39,523 nucleotides of DNA from an uncultured Candidatus Saccharibacteria bacterium. GTDB lineage: Bacteria; Patescibacteriota; Minisyncoccia; Phycocordibacterales; UBA2163. The notes beneath the pieces were generated by a model. It was not told where the DNA came from and did not search any database. It saw only the letters and a program-made list of their open reading frames with translations. The stretch spans positions 1 through 39,523 of the forward strand of contig CAZNQQ010000005.1 in assembly GCA_964575575.1 (NCBI GenBank). Reading direction: 5' to 3'. Of this stretch, positions 28,332-37,552 are shown one piece after another. A program made the translations under genes and the position numbers. The first letter of the stretch is position 1; the number at the start of each line of letters is the position of its first letter.

Positions 28332-30733
28332 ATATGAAGACAAACTTCCCAGTAATAGACGCTCTACTTTTAACCCCCAATGAAGGCCGTGGTGGCGAAA
28401 TAGGTATATGTACCAACACCACTGCTTCAGGGCAAGTTTTAAACGAAATAGACAACAAGTACAGAAAGCAGGTCTCTGTACTTGGTTCCCTTATAGTAAG
28501 CCGTGATGGCACAGAAAGGATGATCATAAACTCCCTAGCCCACCCTACCGTTACTTATCTGATACTGTTCTCAGAAGAATCTATAACCTTCTCTCCAAGC
28601 ACAAACTTGCTACAGGCAATACAAAAAGGATTCGAGAAAAATGTTTCGGGTAATTATATAAGAGACGGAGTAGCTGCAAGTGCGCAGTACCCAAATATAT
28701 CCGAGCAGATATTTGACGCTTTTAAAGACAGTATAGTAGTACTTCCTGTTTTTGTGTCTAAAAACAAAGAAAGTAAAAAAATAGTAAACTCATACTTGAA
28801 AATATTAAAGCCAAAAGTTCCAAAAGAAGTTTATGAAACTATCGTAAAGATAAACAATAAGAAAAAAATCTACTACGACTCTTTAAACGAACTTTTAGAA
28901 AGTTTACAAAAAGTAAAACACAAAAAGAAAACTGTTCCATATCTTAATGCAAAAGACTTTCAGCATTTGCAACCACCAAGGATAGTGCTTAAAGAAAGCA
29001 AAACAAAAAAGAAAGTTCCTTTCAAAGTAACAGCAGAAGATGGAATGGTACGTGTTGATATTCAAATACATGATAAAGTGTATTATATTAAAGCAAAGAC
29101 AGAGTTTCATTTGGAGTATTCTCTTATGAAATTTTTAGGAAAAGACAAATCTATATTGTCTATAGAAGAACAAATACTTCTTGGTGCAGAAATCGGACGT
29201 GTCGGTACAGAAATAGCAAACAATATCTCTATCCCCTCTCTTGTACAAAAGAACAACATAGTAGGCAAAAAAGAAATCCACCTTGAGTCTAGTATGAACC
29301 TAAAAGTAGACAAAAAGTATTATTACAAAATCAGTACAAAAGACAAAAAGGTTTCTTGTATGTGTATGGCTTTTGATATATGCGAAGAAGTATTTGAATT
29401 ACAATCAAAAAGTATTTCTTCAATAATAAAAAGGTTGGCAGAGCTAAATAGATTTGAAAACTATGAGATGGATATACTACACAGGATGGACATAGGAACA
29501 CAACTTGGAAGAGCGTATGTTGCGTCAAGTAAAAACTATTCTTTCATACAAGACTTTTCAAATATCTTCCAGATAAACACAAGTGACTTACCGTTTGTTA
29601 TAGCAGATGGTGACAACTTCCTAGATGTACACAAATCAGTACTTCAGCAAATATATACCAAAGGCATCACTGAAGAACATGGCGATGTATGGAAAGGACC
29701 AGCTAGAACAGCCTCTGTTTTAGCCATTTATAGAGATTCCCAGAACGCTCTTAAGACAATGCCTATGCTATACAAGCAAGGCGATGATTCTACCAAAGTA
29801 ATGCGTGAGTCATATAAGAAACAGCTTTTGCGTTTTGACAGCGACGGTTCATATAGCTATGGAGAGCGAACTAGATCTTTCTTTGATTTTGACCAACTTA
29901 AAAATACTATAAAAGTCTTAAAGAAAAACAAAAACAAAGCTACCGTAGTCCAAAGGTTTGACCCAACACGAGATATGGGTACATATGTTGAAAAAGAGAC
30001 TGGTATAACAAAATTCACACACGACCCATGCCTTACACACGATATATTTTTTATAAAAAACAATAAATTATATTCGTTCCATATAGCACGTGCACACAAT
30101 ACAGTAAACGCATACCCTGAAAATATATTTGGTCTTTATGATGCATATGCAACAACTATTAGAAAATCATTGAAAATAAAAGGTGGTGATATGTTTATGC
30201 TTTCAAACAGAGCAAATATTCTCCTCCTTACAGAAGAACAAAAAACAAAAAGAATACTTGGTGAACCTTCAAAACCACTTGATCATAAGAGTGACAAATC
30301 TATAGGGCCACACCTGGTTGGTAAAAATGTAAAAACACCGAAAAAGTCAGGTGGAATAGTATATGAACATCTTAATTTGAAAATAATTACTAAAAGACCG
30401 AAAAATAAAATACTTGATGCTCTTGAAAACCTAAAAGGTGTGAATACTATCGCGCGAGCGATAACATATTTGAAAGAAAAGGGTGTGATGCACAACAACA
30501 CAGTACTTTCAGACTATGTGGCCGGTGAGTCTGACCCACAAGATGATGTACTTGCATTCTTCCAAGCAAATATATTTGGAGACAAGCTTCATGCTACTGC
30601 AGTGTTTACAAACAGAGCGCTTTCAAACAAAACCAAAGACATAGAGATGTGTAACTATATTGCAAGCAAACATGCAAAAGAGTTGAAAAGTAAACTCGGA
30701 ACACTTACACTGTTCTACATAGCATACAAATAA
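28325..30733 (+). CDS. Multidomain MtrA-like + DUF4346-like + thymidylate-synthase-like protein
   Basis: GTERMIINSLAHPTVTYLILFSEE (MtrA-like); DKKYYYKI...LHRMDIGTQLGRA...FIQD (DUF4346-like); YSYGERTR...DQL...DPCL...RAHN...YPEN (TS fold). Confidence 0.75.
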   Translation: MVNMKTNFPVIDALLLTPNEGRGGEIGICTNTTASGQVLNEIDNKYRKQVSVLGSLIVSRDGTERMIINSLAHPTVTYLILFSEESITFSPSTNLLQAIQKGFEKNVSGNYIRDGVAASAQYPNISEQIFDAFKDSIVVLPVFVSKNKESKKIVNSYLKILKPKVPKEVYETIVKINNKKKIYYDSLNELLESLQKVKHKKKTVPYLNAKDFQHLQPPRIVLKESKTKKKVPFKVTAEDGMVRVDIQIHDKVYYIKAKTEFHLEYSLMKFLGKDKSILSIEEQILLGAEIGRVGTEIANNISIPSLVQKNNIVGKKEIHLESSMNLKVDKKYYYKISTKDKKVSCMCMAFDICEEVFELQSKSISSIIKRLAELNRFENYEMDILHRMDIGTQLGRAYVASSKNYSFIQDFSNIFQINTSDLPFVIADGDNFLDVHKSVLQQIYTKGITEEHGDVWKGPARTASVLAIYRDSQNALKTMPMLYKQGDDSTKVMRESYKKQLLRFDSDGSYSYGERTRSFFDFDQLKNTIKVLKKNKNKATVVQRFDPTRDMGTYVEKETGITKFTHDPCLTHDIFFIKNNKLYSFHIARAHNTVNAYPENIFGLYDAYATTIRKSLKIKGGDMFMLSNRANILLLTEEQKTKRILGEPSKPLDHKSDKSIGPHLVGKNVKTPKKSGGIVYEHLNLKIITKRPKNKILDALENLKGVNTIARAITYLKEKGVMHNNTVLSDYVAGESDPQDDVLAFFQANIFGDKLHATAVFTNRALSNKTKDIEMCNYIASKHAKELKSKLGTLTLFYIAYK

Positions 30734-30734
30734 A

Positions 30735-31403
30735 ATGATTGATTATAAAAACAAAATTAAAGTTATTGGTTTTGATTTAGACCAGACACTATACCCCAAA
30801 TCCCCAAAGATAGACGAGGCTATACAGGGCTATATATATGAAAAGATAGCTAAGCATAGGGGGTGCACTCTAGAGGAGGCGGAAAAGCTGTTTAAAGACC
30901 TGTACAAAGAGGGTTCTGGGCTTTCTGGGACAAGTACACTGAAAGAACTTGAGATACCAGGTGCAACAGATATAGTGCAAGAAGCGTTAGAAAATGCTGA
31001 CATAGCGGAGTTTTTAGCTCCTAATAACGAAGTATTTGAGCTTTTAAATAAATTGAAAGAACGGTATAAAAATATAGATTTAATAACTGGCTCTGATCAA
31101 CAAAACGCATTTCAAAAAATGGAGCATATGAATATCTCAAAGGAAATGTTCTCAAACATAATTACAGGGGATGTAGCGTCCAAGTCAGACGGAAGTGCAT
31201 TTGAGCTTTGGATGTCATATTATAATGACATATCTCCAGAAGAATTTTTATATATCGGCGACAGACCTTCTTCTGACTATTTCGCTCCAAAAGAATTAAA
31301 TATAAATGCAATCCTAGTAAATGTACCAAAGGAAAAAGCGGACACTGATATACAGTGCCCGCAACTCTCTTCCCTAAAAGATTTGAAGGATTATTTACTA
31401 TAA
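30735..31403 (+). CDS. HAD-superfamily hydrolase (nucleotidase/phosphatase-like)
   Basis: Motif I FDLDQTLY, motif II ITGS, motif III K, motif IV YIGDRPSSD. Confidence 0.92.
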   Translation: MIDYKNKIKVIGFDLDQTLYPKSPKIDEAIQGYIYEKIAKHRGCTLEEAEKLFKDLYKEGSGLSGTSTLKELEIPGATDIVQEALENADIAEFLAPNNEVFELLNKLKERYKNIDLITGSDQQNAFQKMEHMNISKEMFSNIITGDVASKSDGSAFELWMSYYNDISPEEFLYIGDRPSSDYFAPKELNINAILVNVPKEKADTDIQCPQLSSLKDLKDYLL

Positions 31404-31976
31404 AAATAATTTATTTTTTGTTTCATCATCTAGTGATATCCATACAAAATAAGTAGTAATACCTGTCTTTTTATTATACTCAGTATATCCATCTTCTTTA
31501 AACTGATCGTATGTGAGAAAAACTATTCTGTCACTGAAAATAGGTTTTCTTTCAAGACCAGGGTAACTAATGGTATCTAAAGTATCTAGACTAAGGCTAT
31601 CGCGAGTTTCTTGCTTGATTTTACTTTCGATTCCGAGTTCCTCAGCAACAGCTCTTTCCGCAACTTTTTCAAACTCTTCCTCTATAGAAAACTTTTCGCT
31701 TATATGTAAAAGATTTCTTTTCCTTCCACGCCCATCATCAAACACCTGCTTTGACTCTTTAAGAATGAGTGATTTATTGTTTTTGTAATAAATTACATGC
31801 ACCCTCATTATAGATACCTCTCTATGAATACCCTTTTTTGAAATTACAAGTCTACAATCTCCATTACTTGTTTCATCTAATAGGTTTTGCATAGTTTTTG
31901 CTTCACCTTTACCAAATTTCTCAATTGGGATATTAAATGAATCAAGTAATTTCGCTAAATTATTAACATCAAACAC
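31398..31976 (-). CDS. Hypothetical protein with a Nudix-like box
   Basis: SEKFSIEEEFEKVAERAVAEELGI resembles a degenerate Nudix motif; SYPGL. Confidence 0.55.
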   Translation of the reverse strand: MFDVNNLAKLLDSFNIPIEKFGKGEAKTMQNLLDETSNGDCRLVISKKGIHREVSIMRVHVIYYKNNKSLILKESKQVFDDGRGRKRNLLHISEKFSIEEEFEKVAERAVAEELGIESKIKQETRDSLSLDTLDTISYPGLERKPIFSDRIVFLTYDQFKEDGYTEYNKKTGITTYFVWISLDDETKNKLFL

Positions 31977-32020
31977 TCTGCATCCACCTTTCTTTCAATA
32001 AATTTTAATTTTTAAACACC

Positions 32021-32053
32021 AAAAAACTCCCCATACATTACTGTATGAGGAGC
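32021..32053 (-). terminator. Terminator after rplK
   Basis: Minus strand GCTCCTCATACA-GTAA-TGTATGGGGAG-TTTTTT. Confidence 0.8.
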
Positions 32054-32082
32054 TTAAAGTCAATCAATAATTGAGTTTTATA

Positions 32083-32508
32083 TTAAAGGTCAGTTTCGAT
32101 CCCCATGCTTCTTGCAGTTCCTGCTATGATCTTTGCGCCTTGTTCTGGGTCGTTTGTGTTTAGATCTGGAAGTTTTTTATTAGCTATGTCTACAAGCTGC
32201 TGTTTTGTAGCTTTCCCAACTTTACTTGTTACATTCTTACCTGAACCTTTCTTGATACCAAGTGCTTTAAGAAGCAGTCTTGATGCAGGCGGAGTCTTAA
32301 GTACAAAATCAAAGCTTCTGTCTTCATACACTGAAATCACAACCGGGATCACGTCTCCCATCATATCTTTCGTAGCGTCGTTGAAGCGAGTTACGAACTC
32401 ACCAATGTTGATCCCAGCTTGTCCAAGTGCTGGTCCTACAGGTGGAGCAGGGTTTGCTTTACCTGCTTCTATCTGAAGTTTTAATTTTTTTTCTGCTTTC
32501 TTTGCCAT
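32083..32508 (-). CDS. rplK: 50S ribosomal protein L11
   Basis: [37 protein letters not shown]. Confidence 0.99.
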   Translation of the reverse strand: MAKKAEKKLKLQIEAGKANPAPPVGPALGQAGINIGEFVTRFNDATKDMMGDVIPVVISVYEDRSFDFVLKTPPASRLLLKALGIKKGSGKNVTSKVGKATKQQLVDIANKKLPDLNTNDPEQGAKIIAGTARSMGIETDL

Positions 32509-32546
32509 AATGTTTTAAAATTTTGTAATTTTTAATTTTGTAATTT

Positions 32547-33092
32547 TTAAATCTTTTTAACCTGAAGGAAGTCTAGCTCTACAGGTGTCTCTCGTCCAAA
32601 CATTGATACAAGAACCTTAATCTTGCCCTTGTCATTATCAACCTCTGCAACCTTTCCGTCCATCTCTTTAAACGGTCCGTCTATTATAGTCACTGCGTCA
32701 GATACTGCAAGCTCTATCTTATGTTTTACATCGTCAGATTCCATTCTCTTTAGAAGTGAGTCTAGCTCTCCTTTTGAAAGTGGTACTGGGTGAACTCCTG
32801 AACCTACAAACCCTGTAACACGAGGAGTGTTACGTACTACATACCAAGAGTCGTCGTCTACTATCATATCTACCAATATGTACCCTGGGTATATCTTTTC
32901 CTCTTCTTCTACCCTTTTCCCTCCCTTTATCTTGATCTGCTTTTCAGTTGGTACGATAACATCAAATATTTTGTCTTCCATACCTAAAGACTCAATACGC
33001 TGACGCAAGTTGCGCTTCACCGCATTTTCATAACCTGAATATGTATGGATCGCATACCAATTTCTATTTTGTGCTGTGTCTTGTTTTGCCAT
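32547..33092 (-). CDS. nusG: Transcription termination/antitermination factor NusG
   Basis: WYAIHTYSGYE, YPGYILVDM, VRNTPRVTGF, KOW motif IIDGPF, MFGRETPVELDF. Confidence 0.99.
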   Translation of the reverse strand: MAKQDTAQNRNWYAIHTYSGYENAVKRNLRQRIESLGMEDKIFDVIVPTEKQIKIKGGKRVEEEEKIYPGYILVDMIVDDDSWYVVRNTPRVTGFVGSGVHPVPLSKGELDSLLKRMESDDVKHKIELAVSDAVTIIDGPFKEMDGKVAEVDNDKGKIKVLVSMFGRETPVELDFLQVKKI

Positions 33093-33101
33093 AGTTATTT
33101 T

Positions 33102-33281
33102 TTAGATAACAAACGTTTCTAGTAAATACGAAAAGATAAAGTCAAAGAACCCTAAAAGCGCTGCTGTGAAAAGCGAGATTATGATAACAAGCGCTGTAAA
33201 CACTATAGCTTGCCGTCTTGTTGGCCAGCTTACGTGCTTTAATTCTCCCCTTGTATCCTTGATATAATTGATTAATTTCAT
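33102..33281 (-). CDS. secE: Preprotein translocase subunit SecE (59 aa; not in the ORF track)
   Basis: Manual translation MKLINYIKDTRGELKHVSWPTRRQAIVFTALVIIISLFTAALLGFFDFIFSYLLETFVI; upstream of nusG. Confidence 0.96.
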   Translation of the reverse strand: MKLINYIKDTRGELKHVSWPTRRQAIVFTALVIIISLFTAALLGFFDFIFSYLLETFVI

Positions 33282-33343
33282 AATTTTGTATTAAAAAACA
33301 CCCCTCGGGCGTTATATATATACTACTTATTTTGAGGAAATAG

Positions 33344-33382
33344 TCAACCCTGCTAGAAATCGATGATTTCTAGCAGGGTTGA
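33344..33382. terminator. Perfect 18-bp-stem hairpin
   Basis: TCAACCCTGCTAGAAATC-GAT-GATTTCTAGCAGGGTTGA, downstream of the small ORF. Confidence 0.7.
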
Positions 33383-33396
33383 TATTATGTAGATGA

Positions 33397-33621
33397 TTAT
33401 TCTTCTTCTTTCTCTACTTTATACAGCAATCTTCTAACATAATCCTCAATCTTTGCCTCACAAATTAAACAATCTTTATTTGCAAAATATGAAAATATTC
33501 TACTGGAAAGTCTTTGGCGTTTTATGTTTAACTTTGTAGCGCACTTATTAATACAATTAAACAATTCATTTTTTATCTCAACACTCTTTATCTCTGCATC
33601 AACAGTTCCAGTCAAAAGCAT
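33397..33621 (-). CDS. Small hypothetical protein (two CxxC-like pairs)
   Basis: 74 aa with SD AAGGAG; CINKC and CLIC. Confidence 0.55.
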   Translation of the reverse strand: MLLTGTVDAEIKSVEIKNELFNCINKCATKLNIKRQRLSSRIFSYFANKDCLICEAKIEDYVRRLLYKVEKEEE

Positions 33622-33692
33622 AACACACTCCTTCCTTAAAAGATTAGTACTAAGAAATTGTGAACAATTTATTATCTCTATTTATTATATCA

Positions 33693-34508
33693 CTATCTTA
33701 TCTCGTAAGTAATACTTACATTAGAAGTGATCTTATTCTCTCCAACTGGGATTTCAGGAATCCCACCACCTACTGAGTCCATCACCGCCATCTCTGGCAC
33801 TGCAAATGTTTTGAACCTTGGACTGTTGCCAAACTCTGAGAAGCTTACCACTCGCACAAGCTTAACATCTAAATCTTTTGCAAGTTGTTTTGCTTTTACT
33901 TGCGCATCTTCTATAGCGATCTTTCGTGCTTCTTCTTGTAGATCGTCTTCATCGTCAATAGTGAAGCTAAGACCACTTACATTGGTCGCACCACGCTCAC
34001 CAATACCAGAGAGCACAGTACCTGCATCTTCTGTGTCACGAACCTTTACAGAAATACTCTGACTAACTTCAAATCCTTTGAGTACTCGCTCCCCACCTGG
34101 CGGACAAATACCACCCGAACAATTTTCTCTCACAAATTCATAACGTGGGTACACATTATAATTTGTAGTTTTTATATCTGTCTCTTTGACATCACTCTTT
34201 TTAAGAAAATCTAAAATACTATTTACTCTTTGTGCTGCGATCTCTTGCGCCTCTGTTACAGTCTCTTTCTCCTCAACTACAGAGAATGAAAACTCTGCAA
34301 TGTCAGCTACCGCAAACACCTCCCCCTCACCTGACACATTGATAGTGTTTGTCGCAGAGATCCCTCCGCCGATAAATCTATACTCTTTTATAGTATTAAG
34401 TGTCTTAAATACAAGAAATACTGCAAGTACTAGAAGTACAAGTACGAGCATCTTTTTTGCTCTTCTTCCCCCAAAAGAACAGCAATTATTGTTTGTTTCG
34501 TTATGCAT
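33693..34508 (-). CDS. SIMPL (DUF541) domain protein
   Basis: TINVSGEGEVFAVADIA, DIKTTNYNVYPRY, GATNVSGLSF, ARKIAIEDAQVKAKQLA, VSITYEI. Confidence 0.92.
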   Translation of the reverse strand: MHNETNNNCCSFGGRRAKKMLVLVLLVLAVFLVFKTLNTIKEYRFIGGGISATNTINVSGEGEVFAVADIAEFSFSVVEEKETVTEAQEIAAQRVNSILDFLKKSDVKETDIKTTNYNVYPRYEFVRENCSGGICPPGGERVLKGFEVSQSISVKVRDTEDAGTVLSGIGERGATNVSGLSFTIDDEDDLQEEARKIAIEDAQVKAKQLAKDLDVKLVRVVSFSEFGNSPRFKTFAVPEMAVMDSVGGGIPEIPVGENKITSNVSITYEIR

Positions 34509-34587
34509 AGTTTATAAATTTAGCTTGATAATATACATATAATATATACCCCTCTATTATAAAAGGCAATTATGCTATTATCTATAT

Positions 34588-35367
34588 ATGAGCACTATAG
34601 CTATATACGCATTTTCAAGTGTAATAATAGTAAGCCTTATCTCTCTGGTGGGCTTATTTTCACTTGGCTTAAAGCAAGCATTCTTAAAGAGAATAACATT
34701 CCTACTTGTTAGTTTGTCAGTGGGTGCGCTTTTTGGCGACGCTATAATCCACCTTATACCTGAAGCTTTAGACAAAATAGGGAATACATCTACAGCATCA
34801 CTTGCAATACTTGTCGGTATAATGCTTTTCTTCGTACTTGAAAAGTTTATACGTTGGAATCATTCACACGAACACAACTGCGAGACAGATGAATGCAAAA
34901 AAAGACAAGGCGACAAAATCCACCCCATGGGACCACTTATACTTACGTCAGATGCACTGCACAATATGATAGACGGTATAATTATAGGTGTTAGTTATTT
35001 TATAAGTATTGAAGTTGGTATTGCGACAACTATTGCTATAGTCTTACACGAGATACCACAAGAGATCGGGCACTTCGCAGTTCTTATTCATTCTGGGTAT
35101 AGTAAAGCAAAAGCGATTTTGTTTAATTTCCTTTCATCTCTTTCTGCAATACTTGGTACTGCTTTAGTTTTCATATTTGGACAAACGATTGAAGCTCACA
35201 TACCACTACTTATCGCTTTTGCTGCAGGTGGCTTCCTATACATCGCAGGTTCTGACCTCGTACCAGAGCTTCATAAGACATCTAAGACAAAGCACTCCCT
35301 CCTACAGTTCATCGCTATCATAATCGGCATCGGCATAATGTTCGCACTTTTAGGGTTTGAGATATAA
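34588..35367 (+). CDS. ZIP family zinc/metal transporter
   Basis: GALFGDAIIHLIPE, His-rich loop, DALHNMIDG, LHEIPQEIGHF, AAGGFLYIA.SDLVPEL. Confidence 0.95.
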   Translation: MSTIAIYAFSSVIIVSLISLVGLFSLGLKQAFLKRITFLLVSLSVGALFGDAIIHLIPEALDKIGNTSTASLAILVGIMLFFVLEKFIRWNHSHEHNCETDECKKRQGDKIHPMGPLILTSDALHNMIDGIIIGVSYFISIEVGIATTIAIVLHEIPQEIGHFAVLIHSGYSKAKAILFNFLSSLSAILGTALVFIFGQTIEAHIPLLIAFAAGGFLYIAGSDLVPELHKTSKTKHSLLQFIAIIIGIGIMFALLGFEI

Positions 35368-35411
35368 AACAAAAAATCCCTAGGGTTAACCCTAGGGATT
35401 TTTTGTTTTAT
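35364..35411. terminator. Perfect 48-bp palindrome, bidirectional terminator
   Basis: ATAAAACAAAAAATCCCTAGGGTT|AACCCTAGGGATTTTTTGTTTTAT between convergent genes. Confidence 0.85.
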
Positions 35412-35810
35412 TTAAGCTCCGAAACCAAAACCGTTGTAAGCCATATATGCACCTAAGATTATATAGATAATCCCAAATGTTTTATAGAGCTTCATATTGT
35501 TCATCTTCCTAACCCATGAGACCCATGTATTGTGCGGTAGCAAGAAGTAAGTCGCACCCTTTACTAAGATCAACCACCCTACTATCGTTGCAATAATAGT
35601 AGGCGTACCACCTGTCCATACGTTGTGATTTAACACAACTATAAGACCCATAATAAGAGTTAGGATACCAGCAAGATACGCTATAGCTACATGTTCATGC
35701 TCCATAAGGTGCTTTACCACATGTTGCCACTCTTTTGTCTTAATCAGTGCAGATATACCGACTACTAGAAAGTAGATACCGACAATCTGCACAAGAAATA
35801 TTGATTCCAT
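35412..35810 (-). CDS. Small integral membrane protein
   Basis: Four hydrophobic segments; GLIVVLNHNVW...GWLILVKG. Confidence 0.75.
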   Translation of the reverse strand: MESIFLVQIVGIYFLVVGISALIKTKEWQHVVKHLMEHEHVAIAYLAGILTLIMGLIVVLNHNVWTGGTPTIIATIVGWLILVKGATYFLLPHNTWVSWVRKMNNMKLYKTFGIIYIILGAYMAYNGFGFGA

Positions 35811-35842
35811 ATTATTAAAAGTTAGCTATTAATACTTATATT

Positions 35843-36934
35843 TTATAATGTTTGTATTTCTAAATCCACTTCTCTATCCACCTCTACTGCCTCAAACTTA
35901 ACCCTACCTAGAAGCTGGTTGCGTTTAGTTACTACATCCACACGCCACTGCCCCACAGGGACATTAGACTTCACAGTATACCCACGGTAACCGCCGTCAC
36001 GCCCACCTGAAATACCAAACCCTATCTTATTACTCTCTATCCATTCTTTTTGTTCTTCATCATAATACTGCCATTTGTGGTAAATCTCCGTATTGAGTCT
36101 TGTCGGTGCAAAGACAGAACTAAAAACATACACTGGCTCACCTGAAGAAACATAAACTGTATTGTTTGGTATCAAAAAGTCATACCATTTTTCTACTTCA
36201 CTTATTGCAAGATAATTATTGTCCACTGTTCGTTCTATATAGTAGTGCGCACTCGCCTCTTTAAGTGACAACGGTATAGGAGGAATAATATTTGTAAAAT
36301 AAAAAACGTTTATCAAAATAAAAATACTACCAACACTCCACGTTAGTGCGTTTTTACTTTTCTTTATACGAGTTGGTATAAAAAATTTAAGAAATTTAAC
36401 CAACAGAACCATTAACGCAATACTTATGATCCCACTTAGTATAAAAATAGGAACACCGATAGATTTAGTTATAACAGGTATATAGAAAATCAGAAATGAA
36501 AATAACGCTGTAAAGAAAATACTCATCCTAAAAGTAAATCTTGCGTACTTTTTCTTAAAAAATTCATTGCCTATAAGAAGCGCCACTAGTAAAAGTATAA
36601 ATGGCCAACTTGACGCAAGAGTTGCACTTCGTGAATAGAAAATCACAAAACCAGAGAACAAAGCTCCAAATGCAAATTGCATTGCAATAGGTGCTATAAA
36701 TCTAACTTTTTCAAAAAATCTAGTTTTTAATATCCCTTCTTCATAGAAATTAATGAAGATGATAGAAAGGAGCGCTATAACTAGATACACACCAAGTACT
36801 ATGTTTTCAAACAAGAGATCGATCCTTGTTAATGTAAAGTTATCTATTATAAAACCAAACAAAAGAGCTCCACCGATAATATACCGCTCATTGCGTTTGT
36901 AAAACTCTTTATATTTTTGAAACAGGGACTTCAT
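35843..36934 (-). CDS. DUF2914-domain membrane protein
   Basis: Multi-TM N-terminus, YFTNIIPPIPLSL, VFAPTRL...YHKW, ISGGRDGGYRGY, GQWRVDV. Confidence 0.8.
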   Translation of the reverse strand: MKSLFQKYKEFYKRNERYIIGGALLFGFIIDNFTLTRIDLLFENIVLGVYLVIALLSIIFINFYEEGILKTRFFEKVRFIAPIAMQFAFGALFSGFVIFYSRSATLASSWPFILLLVALLIGNEFFKKKYARFTFRMSIFFTALFSFLIFYIPVITKSIGVPIFILSGIISIALMVLLVKFLKFFIPTRIKKSKNALTWSVGSIFILINVFYFTNIIPPIPLSLKEASAHYYIERTVDNNYLAISEVEKWYDFLIPNNTVYVSSGEPVYVFSSVFAPTRLNTEIYHKWQYYDEEQKEWIESNKIGFGISGGRDGGYRGYTVKSNVPVGQWRVDVVTKRNQLLGRVKFEAVEVDREVDLEIQTL

Positions 36935-36935
36935 T

Positions 36936-37012
36936 TGGGGTGATCGATGGGATTCGAACCCACGACAACCGGTTCCACAAACCGGGGCTCTACCAGCTGA
37001 GCTACGACCACC
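36936..37012 (-). tRNA. tRNA-His(GUG) with encoded G-1 and CCA
   Basis: GGTGGTCGTAGCTCAGCTGGTAGAGC-CCGGT TTGTGGA ACCGG-...GGTTCGAATCC...CACCCCA. Confidence 0.97.
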
Positions 37013-37015
37013 ATA

Positions 37016-37552
37016 TTATTTATAGTCCGGAGACTCTTCAGTTATACCAGATAAATGGCTAGTTAGTCTAGCGAGTGCATACAAGACACTTGAAAGACGG
37101 TTTAGATACTGAAGCGTATATGTACCTATTCCTACATCGCCAGCTTCATATACTGCAACAACCCTTCTCTCTGCTCTTCTTGAAAGTGTGCGCGAAAAGT
37201 CAAACAATGCTCCAAGTTCTGTACTACCAGAGATGAAAAAGCTATTAATCTCTGGTAATTCGTTTTCTATGTCATCAATTATACCCTCCACTTCTTTAAC
37301 CTTGTCTTCTGTAACAGATCCTGTACTACCTGCAAGCTCTGCTTGCACTATGAAAAGATTTTTCTGAATATCGTGGATTATTTCTTCAAAGTTAAACCCC
37401 TGTTCTTTTGATTTAACTTTGCATAACCCCAAATACGAATTTACTTCGTCCATGCTACCAAGCGCTTCTGATACAGCAGAGCTTTTTGATATTCTTTGGT
37501 CACAACCAAAAGTTTTGGTAGTGCCGTCATCACCTTTGCGAGTATATAACAT
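37016..37552 (-). CDS. Cob(I)alamin adenosyltransferase, PduO-type
   Basis: LYTRKGDDGTT, ALGSMDEVNSYLG, SRTLSRRAERR, YLNRLSSVLYALAR; start ATG 37552. Confidence 0.92.
   Translation of the reverse strand: MLYTRKGDDGTTKTFGCDQRISKSSAVSEALGSMDEVNSYLGLCKVKSKEQGFNFEEIIHDIQKNLFIVQAELAGSTGSVTEDKVKEVEGIIDDIENELPEINSFFISGSTELGALFDFSRTLSRRAERRVVAVYEAGDVGIGTYTLQYLNRLSSVLYALARLTSHLSGITEESPDYK

Noticed and set aside
28325-28760. Methanogenesis (Mtr complex) gene
   Set aside because: Only an MtrA-like domain, apparently without the corrinoid His, fused to a TS fold; no other mtr genes and a bacterial context.
34089-34104. Possible fourth NPPAGG-type element (CPPGG in the SIMPL protein)
   Set aside because: Only 12/16 matches, not palindromic, and explicable by the protein's Cys-Pro-Pro loop.
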